The notes below the pieces were generated by a model. It was not told the origin of the DNA and did no database searches. It was given only the letters and a program-made list of their open reading frames with translations. A DNA stretch of 64,000 nucleotides from Longimicrobiales bacterium (GTDB lineage Bacteria; Gemmatimonadota; Gemmatimonadetes; Longimicrobiales; Gaopeijiaceae), in contig CBDDCX010000006.1 of assembly GCA_965226375.1 (NCBI GenBank), forward strand, positions 160,001 to 224,000, read 5' to 3'. Position numbers and translations under genes: made by a program. Below are positions 9,746 to 20,160 of the stretch, piece after piece. The first letter of the stretch is position 1, and every line of letters starts with the position of its first letter.

Positions 9746-12376
9746 ATGCCACAGGCTGACGATACTCCACTGATGCGCCAGTGGCGAGAGGTGAAATCCC
9801 GTAACCGGGACTCCCTCGTCTTCTTCCGAGTCGGGGACTTCTACGAGCTGTTCTACGGTGATGCGGAAGAGGGCTCGCGCCTTCTCGGCCTCACCCTCAC
9901 GTCCCGGAACAACGGGGCAGCCGCGCGGGTCCCGCTGGCCGGCGTTCCGGCCAAGGCGCTGGACGACTATCTGGGCCGCTTGGTCAAGCTGGGCCAGAAG
10001 GTGGCCATCTGCGATCAGGTCGAGGATCCGGCGGATGCCAAAGGCATCGTGCGCCGTGAGGTCACCGAGACGGTCACTCCCGGCACCGTCCTCCACGACT
10101 CGTTGTTGACCGCCAAGCGGAACAACTTCCTGGTGGCCCTCACCGAGGCGACGGAGCAGGGTGTGGGAGTGGCTACTCTGGACCTGTCCACCGGGGAGAT
10201 CTCGGCTCAGGCGGTCCCCCCGGCCGAGCTACGGGCCGAGCTGGGTAGGCGTGATCCGACCGAGTTGCTACTTCCGCGCTCCCTGGAGGAGGAAGGGGCG
10301 GACATCGACCTGTCCGCTGCCGCCCCCGGCGTTCTCCGCACGTACCGCGACGACTGGGTCTTCGACTACGAGACCGCGGCCGACGAGCTGAAACGGCGTT
10401 ACGGCGTGCAGAGCTTGGATGCGTTCGGATTCCAGAAGGACGACCACGTTCTGGTCCGGGCCACCGGGGCGCTCCTGACCTACGTGGGAGAGATCCGGCC
10501 GGGAGGGGTGGAGCACCTGCGCACACCGCAGATCCTCCGGCGCGGAAGCGCCATGCTCCTGGACGAGATGACCCGCCGGAACCTCGAGCTCGTGGAGCCG
10601 CTGCGGGTCGGCGAGGAGGGCGGGACACTCATCTCGGTGCTGGACGAGACCGTCACGGCCATGGGCGCACGCACGCTCCGCCGCTGGCTCCTCCACCCCC
10701 TGGTCGACGCCGAGCAGATCTGGAATCGGCAGAACGCCGTGATCGAGCTGTTCAGCGAGGTCGACCTGCGGGAGCGCCTCCGCGAGGCGCTGAGTCGCAT
10801 GACCGACCTGGAGCGCCTGGCGGGCAAGGTGGGGGCGGGGCGCGTCTCGCCGCGTGAGCTTCTGGGGCTGGGACGCTCGCTGGCGGAGCTGCCCACCATT
10901 CAGGAGGCGGGGGCGGGGGCCGGGAGCGAACTGCTCAAGAGCTTGGTGGCGGAGATGGACCTTCTCGGCGACGTGCTCGAGCTGGTCGAGACCGCCATCT
11001 CGCCCGATGCTCCGGCCACGCTTCAGGACGGGGGCGTCATTCGGGAGGGCTACTCGGAGGAGCTGGACGATCTCCGGGAGACTCGCGACGGGGCTCGGGA
11101 CTTCATTGCGAGCCTCCAGAGCCGCGAGCGCGAGCGCACGGGCATCACGTCGCTCAAGGTCGGCTTCAACCGGGTCTTTGGATACTACCTGGAGGTCACC
11201 AAGTCGAACCTCGACAAGGTGCCCGAGGACTACGTCCGCAAGCAGACGCTGACCAACACCGAGCGCTACTTCACGCCCGAGCTGAAGGAGTGGGAGGAGA
11301 AGGTCTTCGGTGCCGAGGATCGTATGGAGAAGCTCGAGACCGAGCTCTTCGGCGGCGTGCGTCGGCAGGTGGCGTCCGAGGTGAAGCGTATCCAGGACGC
11401 CGGGACACGTGCCGCTCGCCTCGACGTCCTGACGACACTGGCCTATGTGGCGGAGCGGAGGCAGTACGTGCGGCCCGAGGTCCACACGGGGTTCGACGTG
11501 GAGATCGAGGCCGGGCGCCATCCGGTGGTCGAGACGATGATGCCCGCCGAGTCGTTCATCCCCAACGACCTGTCGCTAGCCGAGGACGGACGCATCGTCA
11601 TCCTCACGGGTCCGAACATGGCGGGAAAATCGACCGTGCTCCGGCAGATCGGACTCATCCACCTGATGGCTCAGATCGGCTCGTGCGTGCCGGCGAATCG
11701 GGCTCGCCTTCCCGTATGCGATCGGATCTTCACCCGGGTCGGTGCATCGGACAACCTGGCCCGCGGGCAGTCGACATTCATGGTCGAGATGAACGAAACG
11801 GCTTCGATCATTCACGGAGCTACCGACCGGAGTCTGGTTCTGCTGGATGAGATCGGTAGGGGCACCAGCACCTACGACGGCGTCTCCATCGCGTGGGCCG
11901 TCACCGAGCATCTGCACGAGGACATAGGCTGCAAGACCATCTTTGCCACGCACTACCACGAGCTCACCCAGCTCGGTGATCTGCTGCCCGGCGCCAAGAA
12001 CATGAACGTGATCGTGCGTGAGGTGGGGGAGGAGATCGTGTTCCTCCGGAGGCTCGAAGACGGCGGAGCCGATCGCTCGTACGGAATCCAGGTGGCGCGT
12101 CTCGCCGGGCTGCCTGACGACATCATTGCCCGCGCCAGGGAACTTCTTACCGAGCTGGAGGGAACACATTCGGGTGGAGGAGAAGGCCTGGGTCGCTTCG
12201 GAGAACATCGGCCCGCGTCCGAACCACCTCCGGATCAACTGTCGTTCTTTGCAGGGGCAGAGCCGCCGGTGCTGAAGCGGCTCCGGGCCATCGATCCGGA
12301 CACGATGACGCCGAGGGAGGCTTTGGACCTATTGTTCGAGCTCCGGAACGAGTCCGGAACGGGAGAGACCGAGTGA
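9746..12376 (+). CDS. mutS: DNA mismatch repair protein MutS
   Basis: 'TPLMRQW', 'GDFYELF', 'TGPNMAGKST', 'STFMVEM', 'DEIGRGTST', C-terminal clamp-binding motif 'QLSFF'. Confidence 0.98.
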   Translation: MPQADDTPLMRQWREVKSRNRDSLVFFRVGDFYELFYGDAEEGSRLLGLTLTSRNNGAAARVPLAGVPAKALDDYLGRLVKLGQKVAICDQVEDPADAKGIVRREVTETVTPGTVLHDSLLTAKRNNFLVALTEATEQGVGVATLDLSTGEISAQAVPPAELRAELGRRDPTELLLPRSLEEEGADIDLSAAAPGVLRTYRDDWVFDYETAADELKRRYGVQSLDAFGFQKDDHVLVRATGALLTYVGEIRPGGVEHLRTPQILRRGSAMLLDEMTRRNLELVEPLRVGEEGGTLISVLDETVTAMGARTLRRWLLHPLVDAEQIWNRQNAVIELFSEVDLRERLREALSRMTDLERLAGKVGAGRVSPRELLGLGRSLAELPTIQEAGAGAGSELLKSLVAEMDLLGDVLELVETAISPDAPATLQDGGVIREGYSEELDDLRETRDGARDFIASLQSRERERTGITSLKVGFNRVFGYYLEVTKSNLDKVPEDYVRKQTLTNTERYFTPELKEWEEKVFGAEDRMEKLETELFGGVRRQVASEVKRIQDAGTRAARLDVLTTLAYVAERRQYVRPEVHTGFDVEIEAGRHPVVETMMPAESFIPNDLSLAEDGRIVILTGPNMAGKSTVLRQIGLIHLMAQIGSCVPANRARLPVCDRIFTRVGASDNLARGQSTFMVEMNETASIIHGATDRSLVLLDEIGRGTSTYDGVSIAWAVTEHLHEDIGCKTIFATHYHELTQLGDLLPGAKNMNVIVREVGEEIVFLRRLEDGGADRSYGIQVARLAGLPDDIIARARELLTELEGTHSGGGEGLGRFGEHRPASEPPPDQLSFFAGAEPPVLKRLRAIDPDTMTPREALDLLFELRNESGTGETE

Positions 12377-12765
12377 GTCGACGTTCGTCGGGTCGCGTAT
12401 GTCGCGGACGCGTGTCGCTGACCGATGCCGCCTTGGCCGGGGCGCTGCTAGCCGGCGTGATGGGTTGCACCAGCGATCCTGACATCGAGAGCCCGTCCCC
12501 CCTGTCGGCCTCGGTGCCGATCGAGTATCCGCTCGAGCTCTGGGACCAGGGCATCGAGGGACGCTGCCTGCTCAAGGTTCGGGTAACGGATGTGGGCGAC
12601 GTGGACAGTGTGGTGATCCTGGAGTCCAGCGGGCAGATGGCCTTCGACTCCTCGGCGATTCGAGGTGCGATGACCCTCAAGTTCAGTCCTGCCCGTAAGG
12701 ACGGGAAGCGCATCGAGGTCTGGGCCCACGTGCCAGTCCACTTCTCGAAGAAGCCCCGCCCCTGA
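12373..12765 (+). CDS. TonB C-terminal domain protein (energy transducer TonB family)
   Basis: 'YP..LWDQGIEG...SSG...FD..A...KFSPARKDGK....VPVHF'. Confidence 0.8.
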   Translation: MSRRSSGRVCRGRVSLTDAALAGALLAGVMGCTSDPDIESPSPLSASVPIEYPLELWDQGIEGRCLLKVRVTDVGDVDSVVILESSGQMAFDSSAIRGAMTLKFSPARKDGKRIEVWAHVPVHFSKKPRP

Positions 12766-12860
12766 TGCACCCAGGCGTCGCGCCCGACCGTAGATCGAGC
12801 CGCCGCCTATCACAAACACGCATCCCGCCCCACGGCCCTCAACCAAGGACATAGACGGAC

Positions 12861-14252
12861 ATGAGCGACAACCACGCTCGCCCTTACGACAACGTCACCG
12901 AGGTGGTGGGCGGGACTCCGCTCATCCGGCTGAACAGCGTCACTGAGGGTGTTCCCGGGACCATCTACGCGAAGTGCGAGTTCATGAACCCCGGGGGCTC
13001 GTTGAAGGACCGCATCGGACTGGCCATCGTGGAGAAGGCCGAGAGGGAGGGGGCACTCAAGCCCGGCGGCACTATCGTCGAGGCCACCAGTGGCAACACC
13101 GGCGTGGCGCTGGCCATGGTGGCGGCCATCCGCGGGTACCACTGCATCTTCACCATGCCGGACAAGATGAGCCAGGAGAAGGTGAAGCTCCTGCGTTCGT
13201 TCGGTGCCGACGTGGTCATCGTGCCCACGGCCGTTCCTCCGGACCACCCCGATCACTACACGCAGAAGGCCGCGAGCATCGTCGAAGAGACGCCTGGCGC
13301 CATTCTTGCGGATCAGTTCTACAACCAGGCGAACCCCGAGGCGCACTACGAGACCACGGGCCCCGAGGTGTGGGAGCAGACCGAAGGCAGGGTCACGCAC
13401 TTTCTGGCCGGCTCGGGCACCGGGGGGACGATCACGGGCGTCGGTCGGTTCCTGAAGGAGCGAAATCCGGACGTGCAGATCATTGGAGTGGATCCGGTGG
13501 GATCGATATTGAAGACGTTCTTCGAGACGGGTGAGATGAGCGAAGGCCAGCCCTACAAGGTCGAGGGCCTAGGGAGCGACAAGATTCCCGGGGCGCTTGA
13601 TATGAGCGTCACCGACCGGTGGGTAGCCGTGAGTGACGCCGAGGCCTTTGCGATGACGCGGAGACTTTGCCGGGAGGAAGGGTTGTTCACCGGGGGTTCC
13701 TCGGGTCTGCTGGTCCACGCCAGCATCGAGGTTGCCAAGGAGACGAACGATCCCGACGCCGTGTTCGTGACGTTGCTGTGCGACTGGGGCGAGCACTATC
13801 TGACCAAGGTCTACGACGACGACTGGATGCGGGAGAACGGCTTCCTCAGGCGCTCACACCGGAGCATCCACGATCTGGTGACCCGCAAGGGGGCCGACCT
13901 TCCTGAGATGGTAACCGCGGACCCCACGACCACGGTGCGGGTGGCCCTGTCGACCATCACGTCGTTTCATATTTCACAGCTGCCCGTCGTTCTGGACGGC
14001 GAGTGTGTGGGCTCCCTCACCGAGGGGGAGCTGATGGCCACGGTCATCGAGGACCCGGAGCTGTTGGATCGGCCCGTAGAGTCGATCATGGGTGCGCCCT
14101 TCCCGGTGGTGGACAGCCACCTGAACGCCGACGAGGCGGCCCGGCTTCTGACGCGGGAGAACCCGGCGGTTCTGGTGCGGGACGACGGGGAGCTCAAGGG
14201 GATTTTGACGCGGTACGATGTGGTTCGGGACCTCACGGGGGCGGCGGGCTAA
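12861..14252 (+). CDS. Cystathionine beta-synthase / PLP-dependent cysteine synthase with CBS domains
   Basis: 'NPGGSLKDR', 'EATSGNTG', 'GSGTGGT', C-terminal CBS pair. Confidence 0.9.
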   Translation: MSDNHARPYDNVTEVVGGTPLIRLNSVTEGVPGTIYAKCEFMNPGGSLKDRIGLAIVEKAEREGALKPGGTIVEATSGNTGVALAMVAAIRGYHCIFTMPDKMSQEKVKLLRSFGADVVIVPTAVPPDHPDHYTQKAASIVEETPGAILADQFYNQANPEAHYETTGPEVWEQTEGRVTHFLAGSGTGGTITGVGRFLKERNPDVQIIGVDPVGSILKTFFETGEMSEGQPYKVEGLGSDKIPGALDMSVTDRWVAVSDAEAFAMTRRLCREEGLFTGGSSGLLVHASIEVAKETNDPDAVFVTLLCDWGEHYLTKVYDDDWMRENGFLRRSHRSIHDLVTRKGADLPEMVTADPTTTVRVALSTITSFHISQLPVVLDGECVGSLTEGELMATVIEDPELLDRPVESIMGAPFPVVDSHLNADEAARLLTRENPAVLVRDDGELKGILTRYDVVRDLTGAAG

Positions 14253-14261
14253 GGTGGTCGT

Positions 14262-15269
14262 GTGGGGGAGGTCGGCGTGAGGGTTGTGGTCCTCTTGGGG
14301 GGTGATTCCGAGGAGCGCGACGTCTCGCTCGTGTCCGGATGCCAGGTGGCGGACGCCCTGAGGCAGGGTGGGCACGACGTGGTGTGTATCGATCCCGTGA
14401 AGGGTGTGATTAAGGAGCTGGGAGAGCGGATTATCCTGAAGTCGGGGGTCAAGGCGTTGCCGCCGGACGAGTTTGTGAACGAGAGTGGGGCGTCCGTCAC
14501 GGATCTGGCTCAACGGGAGGAGATCCAGCAGGCCGACGTCGTCTTCCCGGCTCTCCATGGCGGCATGGGCGAGGACGGCACGCTTCAGGCGCTCCTGGAC
14601 GTTGCAGGGGTCCGCTACGCAGGGAGCGGCATGCTCGGCTGCGCCTTGTCCATGGACAAGGACGTCACCAAGCGCATGCTCCGCGACGCCGGGATCCCGA
14701 CGCCGGATTGGCTCGTGAGTCCGACGGCAGACGAGGTCATGGAGCGTCTCGGCGTCCCCGTCATCGCGAAGCCGGTTGCGGGGGGATCGTCGGTGCGGTT
14801 GTCCCTGCTACAGACGGAGACCGAGGTGGTGGCCGCCGTGGCCGACGACGCCAACGCGCCTTCACCCATGATGTACGAGGCCTACATCGACGGGCGTGAG
14901 TTTACGGTGGGCGTCCTGGGCGATCGGGTCCTTCCCGTGGGCGAGATCGTGTCCCAGCACGAGCTCTTCGACTACGAGTGCAAGTACCAGGGGGGGATGG
15001 CCGAGGAAATCTTTCCGGCCGACACCCCGGAGGGGTTGGTGGAGACGCTGCAGGAGCAGGCCATGGCGGTTCATGGGCTCCTGCGCCTGCGCGACTTCTC
15101 TCGCGTGGACTTCATGGTGGACCAAGGCGGCGACGTGTGGTGCCTGGAGGCCAACGCGCTGCCGGGGCTCACGGGGAACAGTTTGTTGCCGAAGGCCGCG
15201 CGGGCCGGGGGAATCAGCTTCCCGGCGCTTTGTGACGAGATCGTGCAGATGGCGGTGGGGCGGGAGTAG
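14262..15269 (+). CDS. ddl: D-alanine--D-alanine ligase
   Basis: 'GGDSEERDVSL', 'LHGGMGEDG', 'FDYECKY', 'RVDF', 'LEANALPG'. Confidence 0.93.
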   Translation: MGEVGVRVVVLLGGDSEERDVSLVSGCQVADALRQGGHDVVCIDPVKGVIKELGERIILKSGVKALPPDEFVNESGASVTDLAQREEIQQADVVFPALHGGMGEDGTLQALLDVAGVRYAGSGMLGCALSMDKDVTKRMLRDAGIPTPDWLVSPTADEVMERLGVPVIAKPVAGGSSVRLSLLQTETEVVAAVADDANAPSPMMYEAYIDGREFTVGVLGDRVLPVGEIVSQHELFDYECKYQGGMAEEIFPADTPEGLVETLQEQAMAVHGLLRLRDFSRVDFMVDQGGDVWCLEANALPGLTGNSLLPKAARAGGISFPALCDEIVQMAVGRE

Positions 15270-15336
15270 GGACCTGCGAGATTTCGCACCGGTTGAGCTC
15301 GTGGGCCGCCCGGAGCTCTGGCCAAGAGACCTGTGA

Positions 15337-15352
15337 GGGGAACTAGTTCCCC
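15337..15352. repeat. 16-bp perfect palindrome over the kinase stop codon
   Basis: GGGGAACTAGTTCCCC. Confidence 0.8.
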
Positions 15353-18041
15353 ACCCGCTCCTTCAACTCCTCGAAGAAGTTCTGGATGTAGATGAACCTC
15401 ACCTCGCCCTCGGAGAAGGTTCCGGTTCCACCCGAGTTGGTGATCATCAGAAAGCGATCGTCGTCCCGGTTTACGTCGAACCCCCGCCAAGCGTCATTTT
15501 CCCACGCGAACCGCTGTGTGTCGAAGAGGCGCTCGCGACCGTCCACCACGAAGGTGGAATCGGCCGTGTACGTCGCTACGGACAACCAGTCGTCCCCGTC
15601 CACGCAGAAGAGCTCGCGTCCATTGTGTGCCCATACCGGGCTGTAGCCTCCGTCCGTGGACACCTGCACGCGCGACCGTGCCGAGGGAAAGGGACGCACG
15701 AAGACTTGCGCTTGGCCCGAAGCGTTTGAGCCGTAGGCCATCCAGCGCCCGTCCGGAGACAGGCTCACATCAAACTCTATGAACTCCGAGCCGAGCATAT
15801 CCGCCGAGACACTGTCGGTCGTCAAGTCTACGAAACCGATGTCGGCAGACTGGGTTACGGCGCCCTCTCGGAAGAGCAGCGTCTCCTGGTCGGGGGAGAA
15901 GAAGACCTCCATAACGCCCGCTTCTCGCTGTAGAAGTACCTCGAAAGCTCCGGAGGAGCTACCGTCAGCGCCGATCGTCCGGGCCTCGAAGGTCCCGTTT
16001 TCGTCCGTCACGTACGAGATGCTGCGGCCGTCAGCGGACCAGACGGGGCGACGGGTCCAGCCGGAATCGGTCGTGATCCGTGTCAGGGCCCTGCGGGAAG
16101 CTCTTTGACCCAGAGTTGGTTGGCCTCACCACTGCCTCCGACTCCGCTGGAGGTGACCGCGATCCGGTCGTCGTTGGAGGACAACGCCAGGGTCAGGTAA
16201 TTCGCGACATCCATATCTGGGTCGACCGGAGTGGCCTGGCCCGTTCGATCGACCCATACCAGACTCCGACCAGCGGATCTCTGTGCACCCTCACCGTAGA
16301 TCACGGTCCCATCCCAGGCGACTGTGATTTCGGGTGAGGTGACGGTCACGGTCACACCCTCGAAGAGCGGGATTCCCGGGCCCGTGAGCTCCAGTGCATC
16401 GAGGTCGAAAGGAGCGGCGAAGACGGCACCGTCGCGTCGTACATACATGATGTGGCCGGTCGGCGTGTACCAGCCGCGCACTACCTCGTCCATCAGCAGG
16501 CGCGTCGTGTCGGCCTCGAGGTCCAGCACCCCGAGCGCGATGGAGCCGGCGCAGGCCTGCGGGCAGAGCGTAACCAGCGCGCCCTTGGACCCGGGGAGCG
16601 CACCCGCGTAGGCGAACTGCTCGAAGCCGGCCTCCGTGTACGAGACGATCGTATCGGCCTGGCCACCGGCCTCCGGGATTCGCATGAGCGTGTTCCCGGG
16701 CAGCTCGAAAAGGATCGTGCCGTCGTCGAGCCACGCGAGCGCGATCATGCTGTTGGCGGCCGGCGTGAGCCCTTCTGCGAGGGTGACGGTCGAGCCGTCC
16801 CCGATCGGCCACTTCTTGAGCTCCGATCCGGCGGCGAAGGCGATCCACTGCCCGTCGGGTGAGTACACGATGTTCTGAGCTCCATCGGTCCCGGGGAGCA
16901 GCGTGGCCTCGGCTGCGTCACGCGGCTTGAGCCAGAGGTCCCGGCCTCCGTCCTCGCCCAGCTCAGCGTATACCATGCTCATCCCATCGGGGGCCAACGC
17001 GGTAAAGGTCCCGATAGAGCGGATCAGACCCTCGGCGATGGGGGCGATCTCCTGCCGCATGACCGGGCCTGCACCTGCCGAGCCGCCCACCCAGCTCCAG
17101 ATCGCTGCGATCAGGGCCAGCGCTGCCACCGTGCTTGTCCCGGTGGCGATCCGCTTCCAGAGTCTCGAGGTCTCGGAGGGCGACGCTCCTTCGTCTCCGT
17201 GCCGGAATCCCGGGTCGGCCAGGGCCTTCGCGAAGCTGTTCGCGTCCGTGAAGCGGTCGGCAGGTAGCTTCTCCAGCCCTTTGCGCAGTGCGGCATCCAC
17301 GTTCTCCGGGATCGACTTCCTGACGGAGGTCGCGGAGACGGGGAGGCCCTGGATGATCTTGCCGAGCACCGCCTGGGCGGTATTGCCGATGTATGGCGGC
17401 TCACCCACCAGCATCTCGTACAGCACGCAAGCCAGCGCATAGGTGTCGCTGGCGGGTCCGACGACCTGGTCGCCGGTAGCCTGCTCCGGGCTCATGTAGA
17501 AGGGCGTGCCCACGCTCAGGCCAGTCTCCGTCAAACGGTTGCCACCGGCGGCTCCTACGGCCAGCGCGATGCCGAAGTCGGCCACGAGAGGCTCACCCCG
17601 ACTCAGCAGGATGTTGGCTGGCTTGATGTCGCGGTGGACGATGCCTTGTTCGTGCGCCGTGTGGAGCGCGTTGGCCACCGCCGTCGCAATGCCGAGCGCC
17701 TCGTCGACCGGCAGCTGCTTCTCGCGATCGATTCGCTGCCTGAGTGTCTCCCCTTCGATGTACGGCATCACGTAGAAGAGGAAGCTGTCGGCTTCCCCGG
17801 AATCGAACAGCGGGAGGATGTGGGGATGCTGCAGGTTGGCCGTGGTCTTGATCTCGGTCAGGAAACGCTCGGCTCCGACTACGGCGGCCAGCTCGGGTTT
17901 CAGAACCTTGAGGGCGACCTTCCGGTCGTGCTTGATGTCCTCGGCCAGGTAGACCGTGGCCATACCGCCCTCTCCGAGCTCGCGCTCGATGGTGTAGCGG
18001 CCCTCGAGGGCGGCGTTCAGGCGGGTGACAGGATCGGACAT
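15343..18041 (-). pseudogene. Ser/Thr kinase - TM - PD40/TolB-like propeller (copy 1), 1-nt frameshift at ~16086-16088
   Basis: Kinase motifs GEGGMATVY, HRDIKPAN, DFG, GTPFYMSPEQ. Adding one base restores 'ELPAGPLTRITTDSGWTRRPVWS' and joins ORFs 16083-18041 and 15343-16011. Confidence 0.85.
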
Positions 18042-18121
18042 GGTGTCAGCTCGGCGGTCTCAGGAAGAGCGACCTACTGCTAGCATCGTCGTTGGCCTGG
18101 GGATCTCCCGGCGTGGCAACA

Positions 18122-18419
18122 TCCGAGATGTCGTCGGAGGGGACCGTCTCCGCTGGCCTGCTATGCACGGCCTGGTGCGCGCAAGCAGAGCCCGCCAATA
18201 GAGGACGCCGAGTGGGGCCTGAATGTACCGGTGAGACGACCGTCTACGTGGTTTCCGGCCGTTCGTGCGAGCCCGACTCCAACAGCCGGTCCACGTCCTC
18301 CTCGACATCCAGACGGAGGGCCTCGTTGGTGAGCTGCTGCAGCTGCTCCTCCCGATCGTAGATCATCTCCAGCCACTCCGAGATGTCGTCGGAGGGGACC
18401 GTCTCCGCTGGCCTGCTAT
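18122..18419. repeat. Perfect 43-bp direct repeat (18122-18164 and 18377-18419)
   Basis: TCCGAGATGTCGTCGGAGGGGACCGTCTCCGCTGGCCTGCTAT occurs twice. Confidence 0.95.
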
Positions 18420-18810
18420 CGTCCGTGAACGCCGAGATATCGCCCAAAGCCATCACGGTGCGCCTCGCGCTGATCCACTCTCGGATTCGGATGATGGTCA
18501 CCGCCAGTCGGAAGACGGAGGGCTCCATCGACTTCGTCTTCGACGTGAAGAGCCCTTCGTACTCCGGAATGCCGTTCTTCCAACGCTTGTTCAGAGCTGA
18601 GCCGGCTCTGGTGTGCAGATATAGCTTCTGGTCGATCTTGGCGAGTTCCGCGTCAGTGTGCGCCCGCTCTGCGAGCTCCAGCGCGACCGGGGTCCATCCG
18701 TTCTGCCATCGCGCGACCTCGACTTCTTTGAGCTGTTGAAGGGCGGGCTGGACCTTGCGCCTGATCTTGCTTTTCCCCTTCTCGATGGCAGCCTTCTGTT
18801 CAGGAGGCAT
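18244..18810 (-). CDS. Hypothetical protein (basic N-terminus, acidic C-terminus)
   Basis: Open frame with protein-like composition; no recognisable motif; start uncertain (18810 or 18885). Confidence 0.5.
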   Translation of the reverse strand: MPPEQKAAIEKGKSKIRRKVQPALQQLKEVEVARWQNGWTPVALELAERAHTDAELAKIDQKLYLHTRAGSALNKRWKNGIPEYEGLFTSKTKSMEPSVFRLAVTIIRIREWISARRTVMALGDISAFTDDSRPAETVPSDDISEWLEMIYDREEQLQQLTNEALRLDVEEDVDRLLESGSHERPETT

Positions 18811-18883
18811 CTTCGGCTTGTGGTAACGCTTATCGCGCTTCTTAGTTGCCTCCTCGATCCTCCCGTTGTGACCGGAGCGACCC

Positions 18884-19060
18884 ATGCATACTGCTCGTAA
18901 GATGATTCTGATCCTGGTGGCGGTGTCGGCCTTGGGCTGTAACCCGTCGGCGCGACCGGCGATGAGCCAGGCGGAGCGTTCGGCCGTGGAGGACTCCGTC
19001 AGACATCTCGCAGCAGCCTTCATCGAGGCCGACAGTCAGGGCGACGCCGACCGCGTGATG
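18884..19060 (+). pseudogene. 5' fragment of an NTF2/SnoaL-like lipoprotein
   Basis: GGAG RBS, lipobox 'ALGC', 'AERSAVEDSVR' similar to 'AERAALADSVR' in the 40084 gene; runs into antisense kinase sequence. Confidence 0.65.
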
Positions 19061-20140
19061 AGGATGTGGCCCGTCGCTACGTATCGCCCGAACGACGCCT
19101 GCTCAATGAGCGTTTGGTGGGATCCGCCGCTGATATCCTGAATGGCGATCCGAGCGTCGCTATCGTCAGTGTTTGTTCCCGACACGGTGAACAGCACGGC
19201 CTCGCCACCGGGTAGCACCTGTGGCCACATGTGCTGGTTCTCGAACACGCTGTCGATCACGGTGGTGACGGGTTGGGGCGCTCCCCCCCCAGCCGGTATT
19301 CGCCATATGCCCTTGGTGCCCAACGAACGTGCGAAGAAGATCTCGTCATTGCTGGCCCAACTCGCCCCCATCTGGGCCTCCACGTTGGCGATGGTCACCA
19401 CCGGACCACCTCCCACCGACACCTTCTTGAGTTCAGACCCACGCTGGGTGAACGCCAACCACTCCCCGTCTGGTGAGAAGAAGGGGAATGCCGCCCCTTC
19501 CGAACCGTCGACTGGAGTGCTCTCGAAGCCAGCCAAGGATCTGATGTGGAGCTGCCCGCCGGTGGAGTACGCGATGGTCCGCCCGTCAGGGGCGAGAGCA
19601 AACGGAACCTCGAACCAGAAGTTCACGTCGATGCCGCCAGGCACGGGAACCACGAGGCTCGTGATCGCGTTGTCGGCGTCCCGATCCGAACTCGTCCAGG
19701 CCCACACGGTTGTGATCAGGAATAACGCAGCTAGGGATGTCATGGCCATCGTCAGTCGGTTCCAGGGACCGACGGGGGCACTCACGCCGGCTGAGGCCAG
19801 CTCTCCGTACCGATAGTGCTCATCTCCCAGCGCTCTTACGAAGTCCTGCGCCGAGGCGAATCGATCGGCCGGTAGCTTTTCCAGCGCACATTGGAGCGCC
19901 GCATCCACGTTCGCCGGGACCGACGGACGCTGCTCCGTTGCCGAAACCGGCTTGCCCGAAATGATCTTGCCGAGGATCGCCTGGGCGCTGCTACCCGTGT
20001 AGGGTGGCTCACCGACCAACATCTCGTAGAGGACCGAGCCCAGGGCGTAGAGGTCGGTCGACGGCCCTACACTCTGGTCTCCCGTGGCCTGCTCTGGGCT
20101 CATGTAGTGCGGCGTTCAGGCGGCTGGCGGGATCGGACAT
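19060..20140 (-). pseudogene. Kinase-propeller copy 2, with an internal deletion and a 3' truncation
   Basis: 'MSDPASRLNAAL' joined out of frame to 'TPHYMSPEQ'; propeller ends after 'YVATGHIL'. Confidence 0.85.
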
Positions 20141-20160
20141 GATTGGACTTGCGAGCCCGC

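Noticed and set aside
14262..15269. Van-type D-Ala-D-Lac ligase
   Set aside because: The omega loop keeps Tyr (FDYECKY) and there are no vanH/vanX neighbours.
16083..16085. TGA readthrough or selenocysteine in kinase copy 1
   Set aside because: The continuation lies in a different frame, so this is a frameshift and not recoding.
18122..18419. DGR template/variable repeat pair, or a mini-CRISPR
   Set aside because: The copies are identical with no adenine-specific mismatches, there are only two units with a 212-bp spacer, and no reverse transcriptase or cas gene is present.
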